Source of the DNA: Clostridiales bacterium
GTDB lineage: Bacteria > Bacillota > Clostridia > Christensenellales > DTU072
Direction: 5' to 3'
Assembly (NCBI GenBank): GCA_012520515.1
Contig: JAAYOD010000027.1
Location: forward strand, 920 to 64,919
DNA length: 64,000 nucleotides
In this document: positions 43,567 through 50,759 of the stretch, piece after piece
Layout of the letters: every line of letters begins with the position of its first letter
Numbering within the stretch: the stretch's first letter is position 1
The notes under the pieces: generated by a model
What the model saw: only the letters and a program-made list of their open reading frames with translations
Database searches by the model: none
What the model was told of the DNA's origin: nothing
Made by a program: the position numbers and the translations under genes

Positions 43567-43577
43567 TATACGCTCCT
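43564..43577 (-). promoter_or_regulatory. Ribosome-binding site and GTG start of the giant gene
   Basis: The minus strand reads AGGAG (43577-43573), cgtata, GTG (43566-43564), a 6-nt spacing. Confidence 0.8.
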
Positions 43578-43625
43578 GTCTGTTTACGGCAAAAGGGCAT
43601 ACTTACCCCAGCCCTATGTAAATTC

Positions 43626-43654
43626 ATTATACTCCTGAAGGCGCGCATTGTCAA
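43626..43654 (-). promoter_or_regulatory. Perfect sigma-A/sigma-70 consensus promoter of the giant gene
   Basis: The minus strand reads TTGACA (43654-43649), a 17-nt spacer atgcgcgccttcaggag, then TATAAT (43631-43626). The predicted TSS is near 43619, giving a ~50-nt leader. Confidence 0.75.
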
Positions 43655-43673
43655 TAACTATGCGCGTTTTTTT
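43642..43673. promoter_or_regulatory. 7-bp inverted repeat bracketing the -35 box; terminator-like only on the + strand
   Basis: The + strand reads CGCGCAT (43642-43648), tgtcaataact, ATGCGCG (43660-43666), followed by T7 (43667-43673). On the minus strand the same hairpin is preceded by A7 and has no U-tail. The loop and right arm overlap the -35 hexamer and spacer of the giant-gene promoter. Confidence 0.5.
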
Positions 43674-43811
43674 ATGTAACAATTATTATATTATATATAT
43701 TATGAATTTTTTGCTTTTGCCGATAAAACGAAAAGAAAAAAATTCTTACGCTATTTCGGCTAAAAATTATAAAAAATTAAGGTTGAAAAAACAAAAACCA
43801 CTCTTATTAGC

Positions 43812-44668
43812 TTAATAAATTTCCCAATATTCTATATGCTCAAGCTCATTATCATTTTCCACTTCTTTTATGCAAGACAGCGTTTCTATTTCATGAATTT
43901 TATCATTAAAATAACATTCAAAATTGCAGTGAAAATCGGGATAATTTTTGCCATCTTCACCTAATGCTTTTTTGACAAATACAGCTTTTTTGCCGTTTTC
44001 CTCAAGCGTATATTTTATAACAATATTGCTGTTATATGCTCCTATTTTGCAAGGATTGGGCTCCCGAATGTCAGAGTTCGCCCAAATGTTGTAGTTATCT
44101 ACCCTTATTCTTTTATCGTCTGTTTTAGAATATGGCCACCAAACAATATTTCTATTTGGCAAAAATCCAGTTTCTTCTTTGGACAAAGAAAAAGTCATTT
44201 CTCCCCCTGCCTTTAGCACCGTCAAAGCCCACAAGCATAGCTGTCTTTTTTGACCTAAATTTTGCGCTTTATGAGTAATTCTTAAGCTGTGTTCTCCTGC
44301 AAATTCTATTAATATCTTTGGCTGAACTTTAGCTATGCTCCATTTTTTTTGATAGACTAAAATTCCATTTTTGTAAGCTCATAACAAACTGGTTCATTAT
44401 CGGGAAAATATGTAGATAGGTTCTCTGGACTAAGCCACAATCTATGTCCGCCATAAATGTGCCACATACTGCCCTTACCATAAACTTTGGAACAATCTTT
44501 ATTGATTTGGTCTTGTTTATCTTGAAACATTATATTAAAGCCGTTAAGCTTTTTAAAACTAATTATTCTTGGCCCAACATCTAAACTTACGCTAAATTCA
44601 ATGTTGCCGTTATCAAGGGTAATCACTCGACCTAAAAACAAAGTGTCAAACCTTACATTGTATGCCAT
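43812..44668 (-). pseudogene. Frameshifted gene for a ~285-aa DUF4380-like (mutarotase-fold-like) protein
   Basis: ORFs 44357..44668 (103 aa, ending ...NEPVCYELTKMEF*) and 43812..44234 are colinear. The second frame is open upstream to 44378 (AYKNGILVYQKKWSIAKVQPK...). Adding one A to the A5 run (minus strand, 44368-44372) restores ...YELTKNGILVYQKKWS.... The GGHRLWLSPE motif recalls DUF4380, but the family call has low confidence. Confidence 0.6.
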
Positions 44669-44677
44669 ATTATCTCC

Positions 44678-47600
44678 CTAATCTGTTGGCTCTAAAGTGA
44701 CTATCAAAATGGTATTGCCATGCGCTTCAAAGGTATTTGCAAGGGTTTTGTTGCCCTCAAGCATAACTCTTACATTGCCTACAATCTCTACAAGACTATG
44801 TTGAAGAACAAGGGGATCCGCAAGTCTTACTTGTACGCTTATACTTTCTGTAATCTCTTCAAAGCTGTTTAGCAAAATTGCAAACTCTTCTATTGAGCTT
44901 ATATAGGTGTCATAGCCGTTAATAAATGTGTTTGCATAATAATTATAATAGCTTGTGGCGCTTTGATACTCTCCAAAAATTAGCGGTCTTTGAGAGTTAT
45001 AGCTATAATAAGACAGGAACTCATTATCTGTCATTAAAAAGAATTTATAATTTATGCTGTCGTGCAGCGTTGTGCCTCCCCAAGTGGTGTCAACCATATA
45101 CCACTTGCCGTCAACATAAACTTTATTCCACGCATGGCCTGTACCGCCCGACTTATTATATACATAGCCTGATACCTTGTAGCAAGGTATATCCTCTATC
45201 CAGCAAAGTAGGCTCATTGCCTTTGCCAAGCCGTCGCATACCGCTTTGTAGCTAATAAATACGCCTTCTAAATGGAAAGCCTGATACTTGTAGGCTTCTT
45301 CATTAGAATAATTAACTGTTTCCATTGCCTGATAGTCATATTCTACATTTAAGATGAGCCAGTCATAAAATGCAAGCACTTTTTCAAGGTCTGTCATATC
45401 TTTTCCAATAATCTCATTTACTACGCTTTTTGCGACATTATAAACTCTGCTTGTAACATCAGTTTGCGGCAATGGTTGCTTACCGCTTTCTGCCGCGGTA
45501 TAAAGCTGGTCTGTCGTCCAAACTCTGCTAGACGGCTTGTTGTTTATTGCAAAATTGCCATTTTTACTGCCATAAGGTGTAAGAGAATAATGACTGGTTA
45601 CTTGCTCACTCTCTTGCCCTGGCGTCTCTGGCGGAATAAGATTGTCTGAGTTTAAATTTTTATAAAGGTGTATATAATATCCGCCGTCCGTTATGTCATA
45701 ATCTAAATTAACGCGCATATCGCCCGTTTCGCAGTAAGCGTTTTGTGCCGCTTGCAAAGACATATATAAGTTTATATAAATTTCATCTAGGCCATCTAAA
45801 TTTACACTTATTGGGTAGTATATTTCATATTGGCTGAAGTTTACTTCCATGTAAATCTTAAAGGAATACTTTCTATCAAAAGTTTCTATGTGTTGTCCAT
45901 TTATTATAGAAACCCCATAGGTGACCCCAATCATGCTATTGTCGCTTAAGCCTGGCTCATACAGCGCAATATAATCTAAAATAGCGCCTAATTCTTTAAT
46001 AGAGCGTATATAGCCATTTGCAACAATGTCGGCATAAGGCTGCAAATATATAAAGTGATTTTCTCTTATTGATGCGAAATAATACTCTTTATTATCTCCT
46101 GGTTTTGCATCATAGCCATAGTAATAGTAAGGAGTATATTGTCCGCCTTTTTGCTTAACTCTTACGCTAAACTTATCTTTTAGCGTAACAAAGGACTGCA
46201 CTATGCAATAGTTGTGTCCAAAGTGGGCATAATCTGTGCTGTTAAATAGCATCACTTCGCCATTTTCTTTTGTAACTTCAACTATGTACGCATCAAGTCC
46301 ATTTACAGCGCTCCAATAAATTATTGGCTTATATCCATCTGTTTGAGAAACGCCATCAATAATTAGGTCCGTTATAGTTGTGTCCGTTCTTGCAACATAC
46401 TTATAGTTTCTTATATCGCTGCTATCTACAATGTCATTTGGGTTAGATGCTAAATATTCAGCATTATTTTTATAAATTTTTATAGCCTTTGTTTGATATT
46501 CAAAATCTTGTCCCGCCACCTTTGCAACTTTACCCTCAAGTACGCCTTTTGCCTTTATGACAATTATTTCTTCTTGGCTTTGGGAAAGTTTATAGTAAAG
46601 AGTATGCCCTGAGATAACAACATTTGGATTGTTTATGTTAAGCGTTTCATACTGGTCTGTTATTTGGCCATTTTCATCGCACTTATATAAATACCAGTTA
46701 TAGCTTTCTGGCGGTATGCCGTCATTTAACACCCTTGGCGTTAAAATTATGGTATCGTCTTGCACAAATCTATTTACATTGAACTTAAAGGTATGCTCTT
46801 GCCCCTCTATCTTATCGCCCTGGCTGTTGCACCCTATTGCGCTTAATTCATAATCGCCATCTATATTAAGCCTTTTGGTAAGGTGTGGCGATGTGCCTTG
46901 AGTGTTTGCGACAAATACGCCTTGACCGCTTTGTCCTATTCTCTTTAGATACCACTTAAAGTGGTCTACTCCATGCCCAGTTGAAGTAATTTCAAAGGTT
47001 ACTGTTTCGCCATAAAGGTAATTATCATAAATACTGCTCTCATTGGCGGAAACAAAATCAAATCCTGAAAATTCGTTGTAGATATATATTCTTTCACTGG
47101 TAAAGGTTTGCTCATCTTCCCCTTCGCAAAGCACTTTTACCACAACATTATAGCTGCCTACTGTGCTTAATGATGGCACATGGGGGTATTGCCACTGGTT
47201 ATCCATTTCCGTTATTCTTTCACCGCTGACATACCACTGTATTCTAGGGTCAGGGTCGGCGTGAGGCTCTAAACTAGAAAGGGTAAATGTAATAGGTTGT
47301 GCAGGTCCGCCTATTGTCTGCTTATACTTTGGCGCAATGTCGCTTACATCTAAACTAAATCGGCTCTTTGCATACTTTATTCTGGCATGGAAATGCGCGC
47401 TCCTTTCCTTGCCCGACATAGTCCTGCTAACAGCAACAATGGTAAAGTGTCCTGGCGTTAGCGGAGTAACCATTCCTGATTGGTCCACTGTTGCAACAGT
47501 AGGGTCTAAGGAGCTATAAGTTATATTCCTACCGTCTTGAGCATGATAAGGATAATATTTTATGCCTAGCTGAAAAGGTTGACTTCTATAATCAATCTCT

Positions 47601-48028
47601 AAATTGTTTTCTATAAACTCTATTCTTTCCACTTCGGCGTATTCAATAATAAGCCCTAGCGTAAGTGTGGCATTTTTATTGCTTGTAGAAGTTACAATTA
47701 AAGGAATCCGCGTATTTTCTTCTGGCTCCTTTGTCGCTGTTATAAGCCCATTATTGTCTACGGTGACATATTCTAAATATTGGCTTGGAATAAAATATGT
47801 AAGATTGACATTTGTAGCATTGTGCGGCAAAATTTCCACATTTAGCTGATACCTTGATGTTTCGCCCGATGGGGATAAATAAATGGTAGCATCTTCAACC
47901 CTAAGGCTGTCCACCTCTACATAGTTTTCATCGAGCAAACCTTTGTCTGTACAGCCAGTTATTACAAACACTGTAGCAAGGATGCACGCTACTATTAATA
48001 AAATCTTTAATAATGCTTGTCTTTTCAT
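44678..48028 (-). CDS. Lipoprotein with two Big_2-like Ig domains and a C-terminal transglutaminase-like cysteine protease/transglutaminase core
   Basis: 1,116 aa. The signal peptide is MKRQALLKILLIVACILATVFVITGC (lipobox ITG-C26, codon 47951-47953). The Big_2 signature YSSLDPTVATVDQSGMVTPLTPGHFTIVAVS lies at 47401-47520, with a second Big_2-like unit at ~47640-47920. The transglutaminase core is YKAVCDGLAKAMSLLCWIEDIPCYKVSGY...GHAWNKVYVDGKWYMVDTTWG, with Cys (45236-45238), His (45134-45136) and Asp (45089-45091). Confidence 0.8.
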   Translation of the reverse strand: MKRQALLKILLIVACILATVFVITGCTDKGLLDENYVEVDSLRVEDATIYLSPSGETSRYQLNVEILPHNATNVNLTYFIPSQYLEYVTVDNNGLITATKEPEENTRIPLIVTSTSNKNATLTLGLIIEYAEVERIEFIENNLEIDYRSQPFQLGIKYYPYHAQDGRNITYSSLDPTVATVDQSGMVTPLTPGHFTIVAVSRTMSGKERSAHFHARIKYAKSRFSLDVSDIAPKYKQTIGGPAQPITFTLSSLEPHADPDPRIQWYVSGERITEMDNQWQYPHVPSLSTVGSYNVVVKVLCEGEDEQTFTSERIYIYNEFSGFDFVSANESSIYDNYLYGETVTFEITSTGHGVDHFKWYLKRIGQSGQGVFVANTQGTSPHLTKRLNIDGDYELSAIGCNSQGDKIEGQEHTFKFNVNRFVQDDTIILTPRVLNDGIPPESYNWYLYKCDENGQITDQYETLNINNPNVVISGHTLYYKLSQSQEEIIVIKAKGVLEGKVAKVAGQDFEYQTKAIKIYKNNAEYLASNPNDIVDSSDIRNYKYVARTDTTITDLIIDGVSQTDGYKPIIYWSAVNGLDAYIVEVTKENGEVMLFNSTDYAHFGHNYCIVQSFVTLKDKFSVRVKQKGGQYTPYYYYGYDAKPGDNKEYYFASIRENHFIYLQPYADIVANGYIRSIKELGAILDYIALYEPGLSDNSMIGVTYGVSIINGQHIETFDRKYSFKIYMEVNFSQYEIYYPISVNLDGLDEIYINLYMSLQAAQNAYCETGDMRVNLDYDITDGGYYIHLYKNLNSDNLIPPETPGQESEQVTSHYSLTPYGSKNGNFAINNKPSSRVWTTDQLYTAAESGKQPLPQTDVTSRVYNVAKSVVNEIIGKDMTDLEKVLAFYDWLILNVEYDYQAMETVNYSNEEAYKYQAFHLEGVFISYKAVCDGLAKAMSLLCWIEDIPCYKVSGYVYNKSGGTGHAWNKVYVDGKWYMVDTTWGGTTLHDSINYKFFLMTDNEFLSYYSYNSQRPLIFGEYQSATSYYNYYANTFINGYDTYISSIEEFAILLNSFEEITESISVQVRLADPLVLQHSLVEIVGNVRVMLEGNKTLANTFEAHGNTILIVTLEPTD

Positions 48029-48036
48029 ACATAAAT

Positions 48037-48065
48037 AATATATAACTAATTAAGTATTTTGTCAA
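48037..48065 (-). promoter_or_regulatory. Promoter of the transglutaminase-lipoprotein gene, placed for a near-leaderless mRNA
   Basis: The minus strand reads TTGACA (48065-48060), a 17-nt spacer, then TATATT (48042-48037). Only 8 nt (atttatgt) follow before the ATG at 48028. No SD is present. Confidence 0.5.
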
Positions 48066-48073
48066 TAAGACAC

Positions 48074-48102
48074 TTGTAATATTTAAAGTCTTAATATATA
48101 AT
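48074..48102 (+). promoter_or_regulatory. Promoter of mrnC, placed for a leaderless mRNA
   Basis: TTGTAA (48074-48079), a 17-nt spacer, TATAAT (48097-48102), then 6 nt (aaaacc) before the ATG at 48109. No SD is present. Confidence 0.5.
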
Positions 48103-48108
48103 AAAACC

Positions 48109-48540
48109 ATGCAAAATTACCTGCCAGTATCTTGTGTTGCAATAGAAAAACGCCAGCTTTTTGACTATAACCCCCAGGTGCTTAGCCTAATAGGCGACGG
48201 AGTGCATACTCTTTTTGTAAGGACTATGCTTTCTTTTTCACATCAGTATAACCTAAACGATTTGCACTCTAGTGCGTGCAAAATGGTATGCGCCAGCGCT
48301 CAAGCTGCCGCAGTTAAAAAAATTACTGAAATCTTTAATGACGACGAAAATTTTATATATCGCAAGTGCAAAAATGCAAAATGCAACAATATTCCAAAGC
48401 ACGCGTCGCTGATGGAGTACAAGCTTGCCACAGCTTTTGAAGGAGTGATTGGATTTTTATATCTAAGCGGGCAAAATAAAAGGCTTGGCCAAATACTTAA
48501 TTTTGTTTATGGGCAAGAAAAAACCATAAGCAAAAACTAA
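48109..48540 (+). CDS. mrnC: Mini-ribonuclease 3 (Mini-III)
   Basis: 143 aa. LSLIGDGVHTLFVRT, SAQAAA, RKCKNAK..NIPKHASLMEYKLATAFEGVIGFLYL align with B. subtilis MrnC (LAYIGDA...RGRNAK...YRYSTAFEALLGYLFL). The position upstream of rlmB is conserved in Firmicutes. Confidence 0.85.
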   Translation: MQNYLPVSCVAIEKRQLFDYNPQVLSLIGDGVHTLFVRTMLSFSHQYNLNDLHSSACKMVCASAQAAAVKKITEIFNDDENFIYRKCKNAKCNNIPKHASLMEYKLATAFEGVIGFLYLSGQNKRLGQILNFVYGQEKTISKN

Positions 48541-48566
48541 CAACTTTAGTTTTTCAAGGAGAGTTT

Positions 48567-49298
48567 ATGATAATAGAAGGAAAAAATGCCGTTAACGAAG
48601 CCTTAAAAGGCAACACCACCATAGAAAAAGTTCTGGTGCTAAAATCAGCTTATACATCTAACTTTAGCGCAATTATAAAAATGTGCCAAGAAAAAAAGAT
48701 ATCAGTGCAATATGTGGAAAAAAAAGCGCTTGATAGGCTAAGCGAAAAAGGCAATCACCAAGGAGTTATAGCAATAGCGACAGAGTTTAAGTATTCCAAT
48801 GTCGATGATATTTTAAAAAAGAAAGACGGCAAGGACTTAATAGTTATTTTACTAGATTCTATTGAAGACCCCCATAACTTAGGCGCAATTATTAGAGTGG
48901 CAGACTGCGTTGGCGCAAGCGGCATAATTATCCCCCGCCGCCGCTGTTGCGGCGTAACCGATACCGTCGTTAGAGTAAGCAGCGGCGCAAGTAGCCATGT
49001 CAAAATAGCAAAAGTCAACAACCTTAACGATGTTATAAGAGAGCTAAAAGAAATGGGAATTACAGTATTTGCCACAGACGCTAAAGGCGATGATATATAC
49101 AAGACAAACCTAACAGGCGACATTGCCTTTGTAATAGGCAATGAAGGCGCAGGTGTAAGCCACCTAACCAAAAAACTAAGCGACGGAGTAATAAGCCTGC
49201 CCCAGCTGGGCATGGTAAACAGTCTAAACGCAAGCGTAGCTGCTGGAGCTGTGCTTTATGAATGCGTAAGACAAAAATACTTTCAAGGAAAAGCGTAA
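48567..49298 (+). CDS. rlmB: 23S rRNA (guanosine-2'-O-)-methyltransferase, SpoU/TrmH family
   Basis: 243 aa, with an AAGGAGA SD. SpoU motifs are present: LDSIEDPHNLGAIIRVADCVGASGIIIP, FVIGNEGAGVS, SLNASVAAGAVLYE. It sits in mrnC-rlmB-sigH synteny. Confidence 0.85.
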   Translation: MIIEGKNAVNEALKGNTTIEKVLVLKSAYTSNFSAIIKMCQEKKISVQYVEKKALDRLSEKGNHQGVIAIATEFKYSNVDDILKKKDGKDLIVILLDSIEDPHNLGAIIRVADCVGASGIIIPRRRCCGVTDTVVRVSSGASSHVKIAKVNNLNDVIRELKEMGITVFATDAKGDDIYKTNLTGDIAFVIGNEGAGVSHLTKKLSDGVISLPQLGMVNSLNASVAAGAVLYECVRQKYFQGKA

Positions 49299-49299
49299 A

Positions 49300-49881
49300 A
49301 TGAACAAACAAGAGCTTGATGATCTTATACTAGTTAAACAAGCCCAAGAAGGCGACACAGGCAGTATGGAAATACTGTTAAAACGCTATCGCGGACTAGT
49401 AAGAAGTAAAGCAAGAAGATATTTTTTAACTTATGGAACTTTTGACGACTTATTGCAAGAGGGGCTTCTTGGCGTAGTTAAAGCAATACGCAATTTTGAC
49501 GAAAAAAAGAATGACAATTTTACCAGCTTTGCTTCCATTTGCGTATCTAGTCAAATATTAGACGCCATAAGAGCGTCATCAAGGGCAAAACACAAAGCTT
49601 TAAACGAAGCGGTCAGCTTTAGCGACTTAGACGAAAATATCGCCGACATTGGCGGCACAGACCCTATCGATTATTACACAAAGCTAGAAGATACCGAAAT
49701 GTTTTACAGCAAGCTAAAACACCTTGTTAAACCTAGCCAGCTTAAAGTATTAAAGTACTACTTAGACGGCTATGCCTATTCTGAGATTTCCAAAAAAGTA
49801 AATATGCCGCTTAAAAAAATAGATAATATTTTGCAGGCGGTGAAGGTAAAAATTCGCAACAATAAAGAGCTTTTTGAATGA
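49300..49881 (+). CDS. sigH: Sigma-70 family sigma factor, SigH-like
   Basis: 193 aa. DDLLQEGLLGVVKAIRNFDEKKNDNFTSFASICVSSQILDAIRASSRAKHKALNEAVSF parallels B. subtilis SigH regions 2-3. The position after rlmB is as in Bacillota. Confidence 0.7.
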   Translation: MNKQELDDLILVKQAQEGDTGSMEILLKRYRGLVRSKARRYFLTYGTFDDLLQEGLLGVVKAIRNFDEKKNDNFTSFASICVSSQILDAIRASSRAKHKALNEAVSFSDLDENIADIGGTDPIDYYTKLEDTEMFYSKLKHLVKPSQLKVLKYYLDGYAYSEISKKVNMPLKKIDNILQAVKVKIRNNKELFE

Positions 49882-50720
49882 TTGGCGTAATTGACATTGG
49901 CAGCAACTCTGTAAGACTTTTATTAAATGGCGTAAAGTATAGCAAAGTAACAAAACTAAGTTACCAGCTCTTTGAAACAGGTATGCTCAAAGATGAGCCT
50001 ATGCAAAAAACTCTTGACGCCGTTATTTCATATCATAATTTTGCAAAAAACTTAGGCGCTAGAAAAGTCTTTGTCTTTGCAACAGAAGCATTAAGAAGAG
50101 CAAAAAACAGCGATAAATTTTGTCAAATGTTACAAAAAGAAAATATTACAGTTGACATAATAAGCGCGGAAACGGAATCTAAAATAGCATTTTTGGGAGC
50201 CTATACAGGCGGAATTCAAGCAGTCCTTGACATAGGCGGCGCGTCTAGCGAACTTGTTGTTGGAGATTATGAAAACATTTTTTATAGCCACTCATTAAGG
50301 TATGGCTCTGTAAAGTTGTTTAATTGCTTTGACAGTTTTGACAAGGCAAAAGCGCAATTGAAAAAAGCAGTAAATGAGTATGGCAAGGTTGCAAAATTTG
50401 ATGAACTTATTGCAATAGGCGGCACAGCGCAAAGTTTAGCTACGGTGTTTTTACAATTTGATTATGCTAATGTAAGCGCTGTCCACAATTTTGTATTTAA
50501 CTATGACGATATCAAAAACACAGTGGAAATGATAATAAACACGCCGACTAAAGACAGAATAAACATTGTAGGCATGCACCCAGATAAGACCAAGACCTTG
50601 CCCTTTGGCGGACTGTTAATGCTTAGCGTTATGGACTACCTTAATGCAAAATACGCGCGTATAAGCTATAAAGATAATTTAGAGGGCTACCTAGCTTTAC
50701 AAGGCATAAAAAAAGCGTAA
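49878..50720 (+). CDS. Ppx/GppA-family phosphatase (short, two actin-like ATPase subdomains only)
   Basis: 280 aa. The N-terminal IGVIDIGSNSVRLLL phosphate-1 motif and DIGGASSELV are present. The start ATG overlaps the sigH stop (ATGA). Confidence 0.75.
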   Translation: MIGVIDIGSNSVRLLLNGVKYSKVTKLSYQLFETGMLKDEPMQKTLDAVISYHNFAKNLGARKVFVFATEALRRAKNSDKFCQMLQKENITVDIISAETESKIAFLGAYTGGIQAVLDIGGASSELVVGDYENIFYSHSLRYGSVKLFNCFDSFDKAKAQLKKAVNEYGKVAKFDELIAIGGTAQSLATVFLQFDYANVSAVHNFVFNYDDIKNTVEMIINTPTKDRINIVGMHPDKTKTLPFGGLLMLSVMDYLNAKYARISYKDNLEGYLALQGIKKA

Positions 50721-50746
50721 AACGCCTGTTTTACGCTTTTTCTTTT
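50714..50746. terminator. Bidirectional rho-independent terminator between convergent genes
   Basis: AGCGTAAAAC-gcct-GTTTTACGCT forms a perfect 10-bp stem. It is followed by TTTTcTTTT and preceded by an A-run. It overlaps the TAA of the Ppx-like gene and lies 14 nt from the GH31 stop. Confidence 0.8.
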
Positions 50747-50759
50747 ATTATTACTCTTA

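Noticed and set aside
7462-43566. The giant ORF as an assembly artefact (collapsed or expanded tandem repeats, or a chimeric join)
   Set aside because: The internal repeats are strongly diverged at both protein and DNA level, so mis-assembly by repeat collapse is unlikely. The reading frame and codon style are continuous across the region boundaries I examined. This still deserves long-read confirmation.
7462-43566. Known giant-adhesin hallmarks: RTX/Ca-binding nonapeptides, cadherin/VCBS, LPXTG sortase signal, SLH, choline-binding, YSIRK signal, T1SS C-terminal signal
   Set aside because: I looked for these in the translation and found none. The protein has a lipobox instead. I therefore did not call it an RTX, Bap or Ebh-type adhesin.
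7462-43566. Diversity-generating retroelement target, phase-variable SSR or invertible promoter controlling the giant gene
   Set aside because: The window has no reverse transcriptase gene. I saw no near-identical template/variable repeat pair, no long homopolymer or SSR near the 5' end, and no flanking inverted repeats around the promoter other than the 7-bp palindrome. A computational repeat search could still find what the eye missed.
43580-43612. Small hairpin AGGGC-N12-GCCCT followed by TTT in the 5' leader of the giant gene, as a possible attenuator or riboswitch
   Set aside because: It has only a 5-bp stem and a short leader (~50 nt). It resembles no riboswitch class I know. The evidence is insufficient.
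8427-43621. About 45 ORFs of 60-139 aa on the + strand (and one at 8427..8609 on the minus strand) inside the giant gene
   Set aside because: All are antisense or out-of-frame within a 36-kb ORF that is clearly the selected frame. They are short, have low-complexity or odd composition (Ser/Leu/Cys-rich), and I saw no SD in the ones I checked. They are treated as shadow ORFs.
43702-43815. 37-codon Lys-rich + strand ORF (MNFLLLPIKRKEKNSYAISAKNYKKLRLKKQKPLLLA) in the intergenic region upstream of the giant gene
   Set aside because: It has no SD and an A-rich sequence that naturally encodes Lys. It overlaps the stop of the minus-strand pseudogene. Nothing supports it beyond being open.
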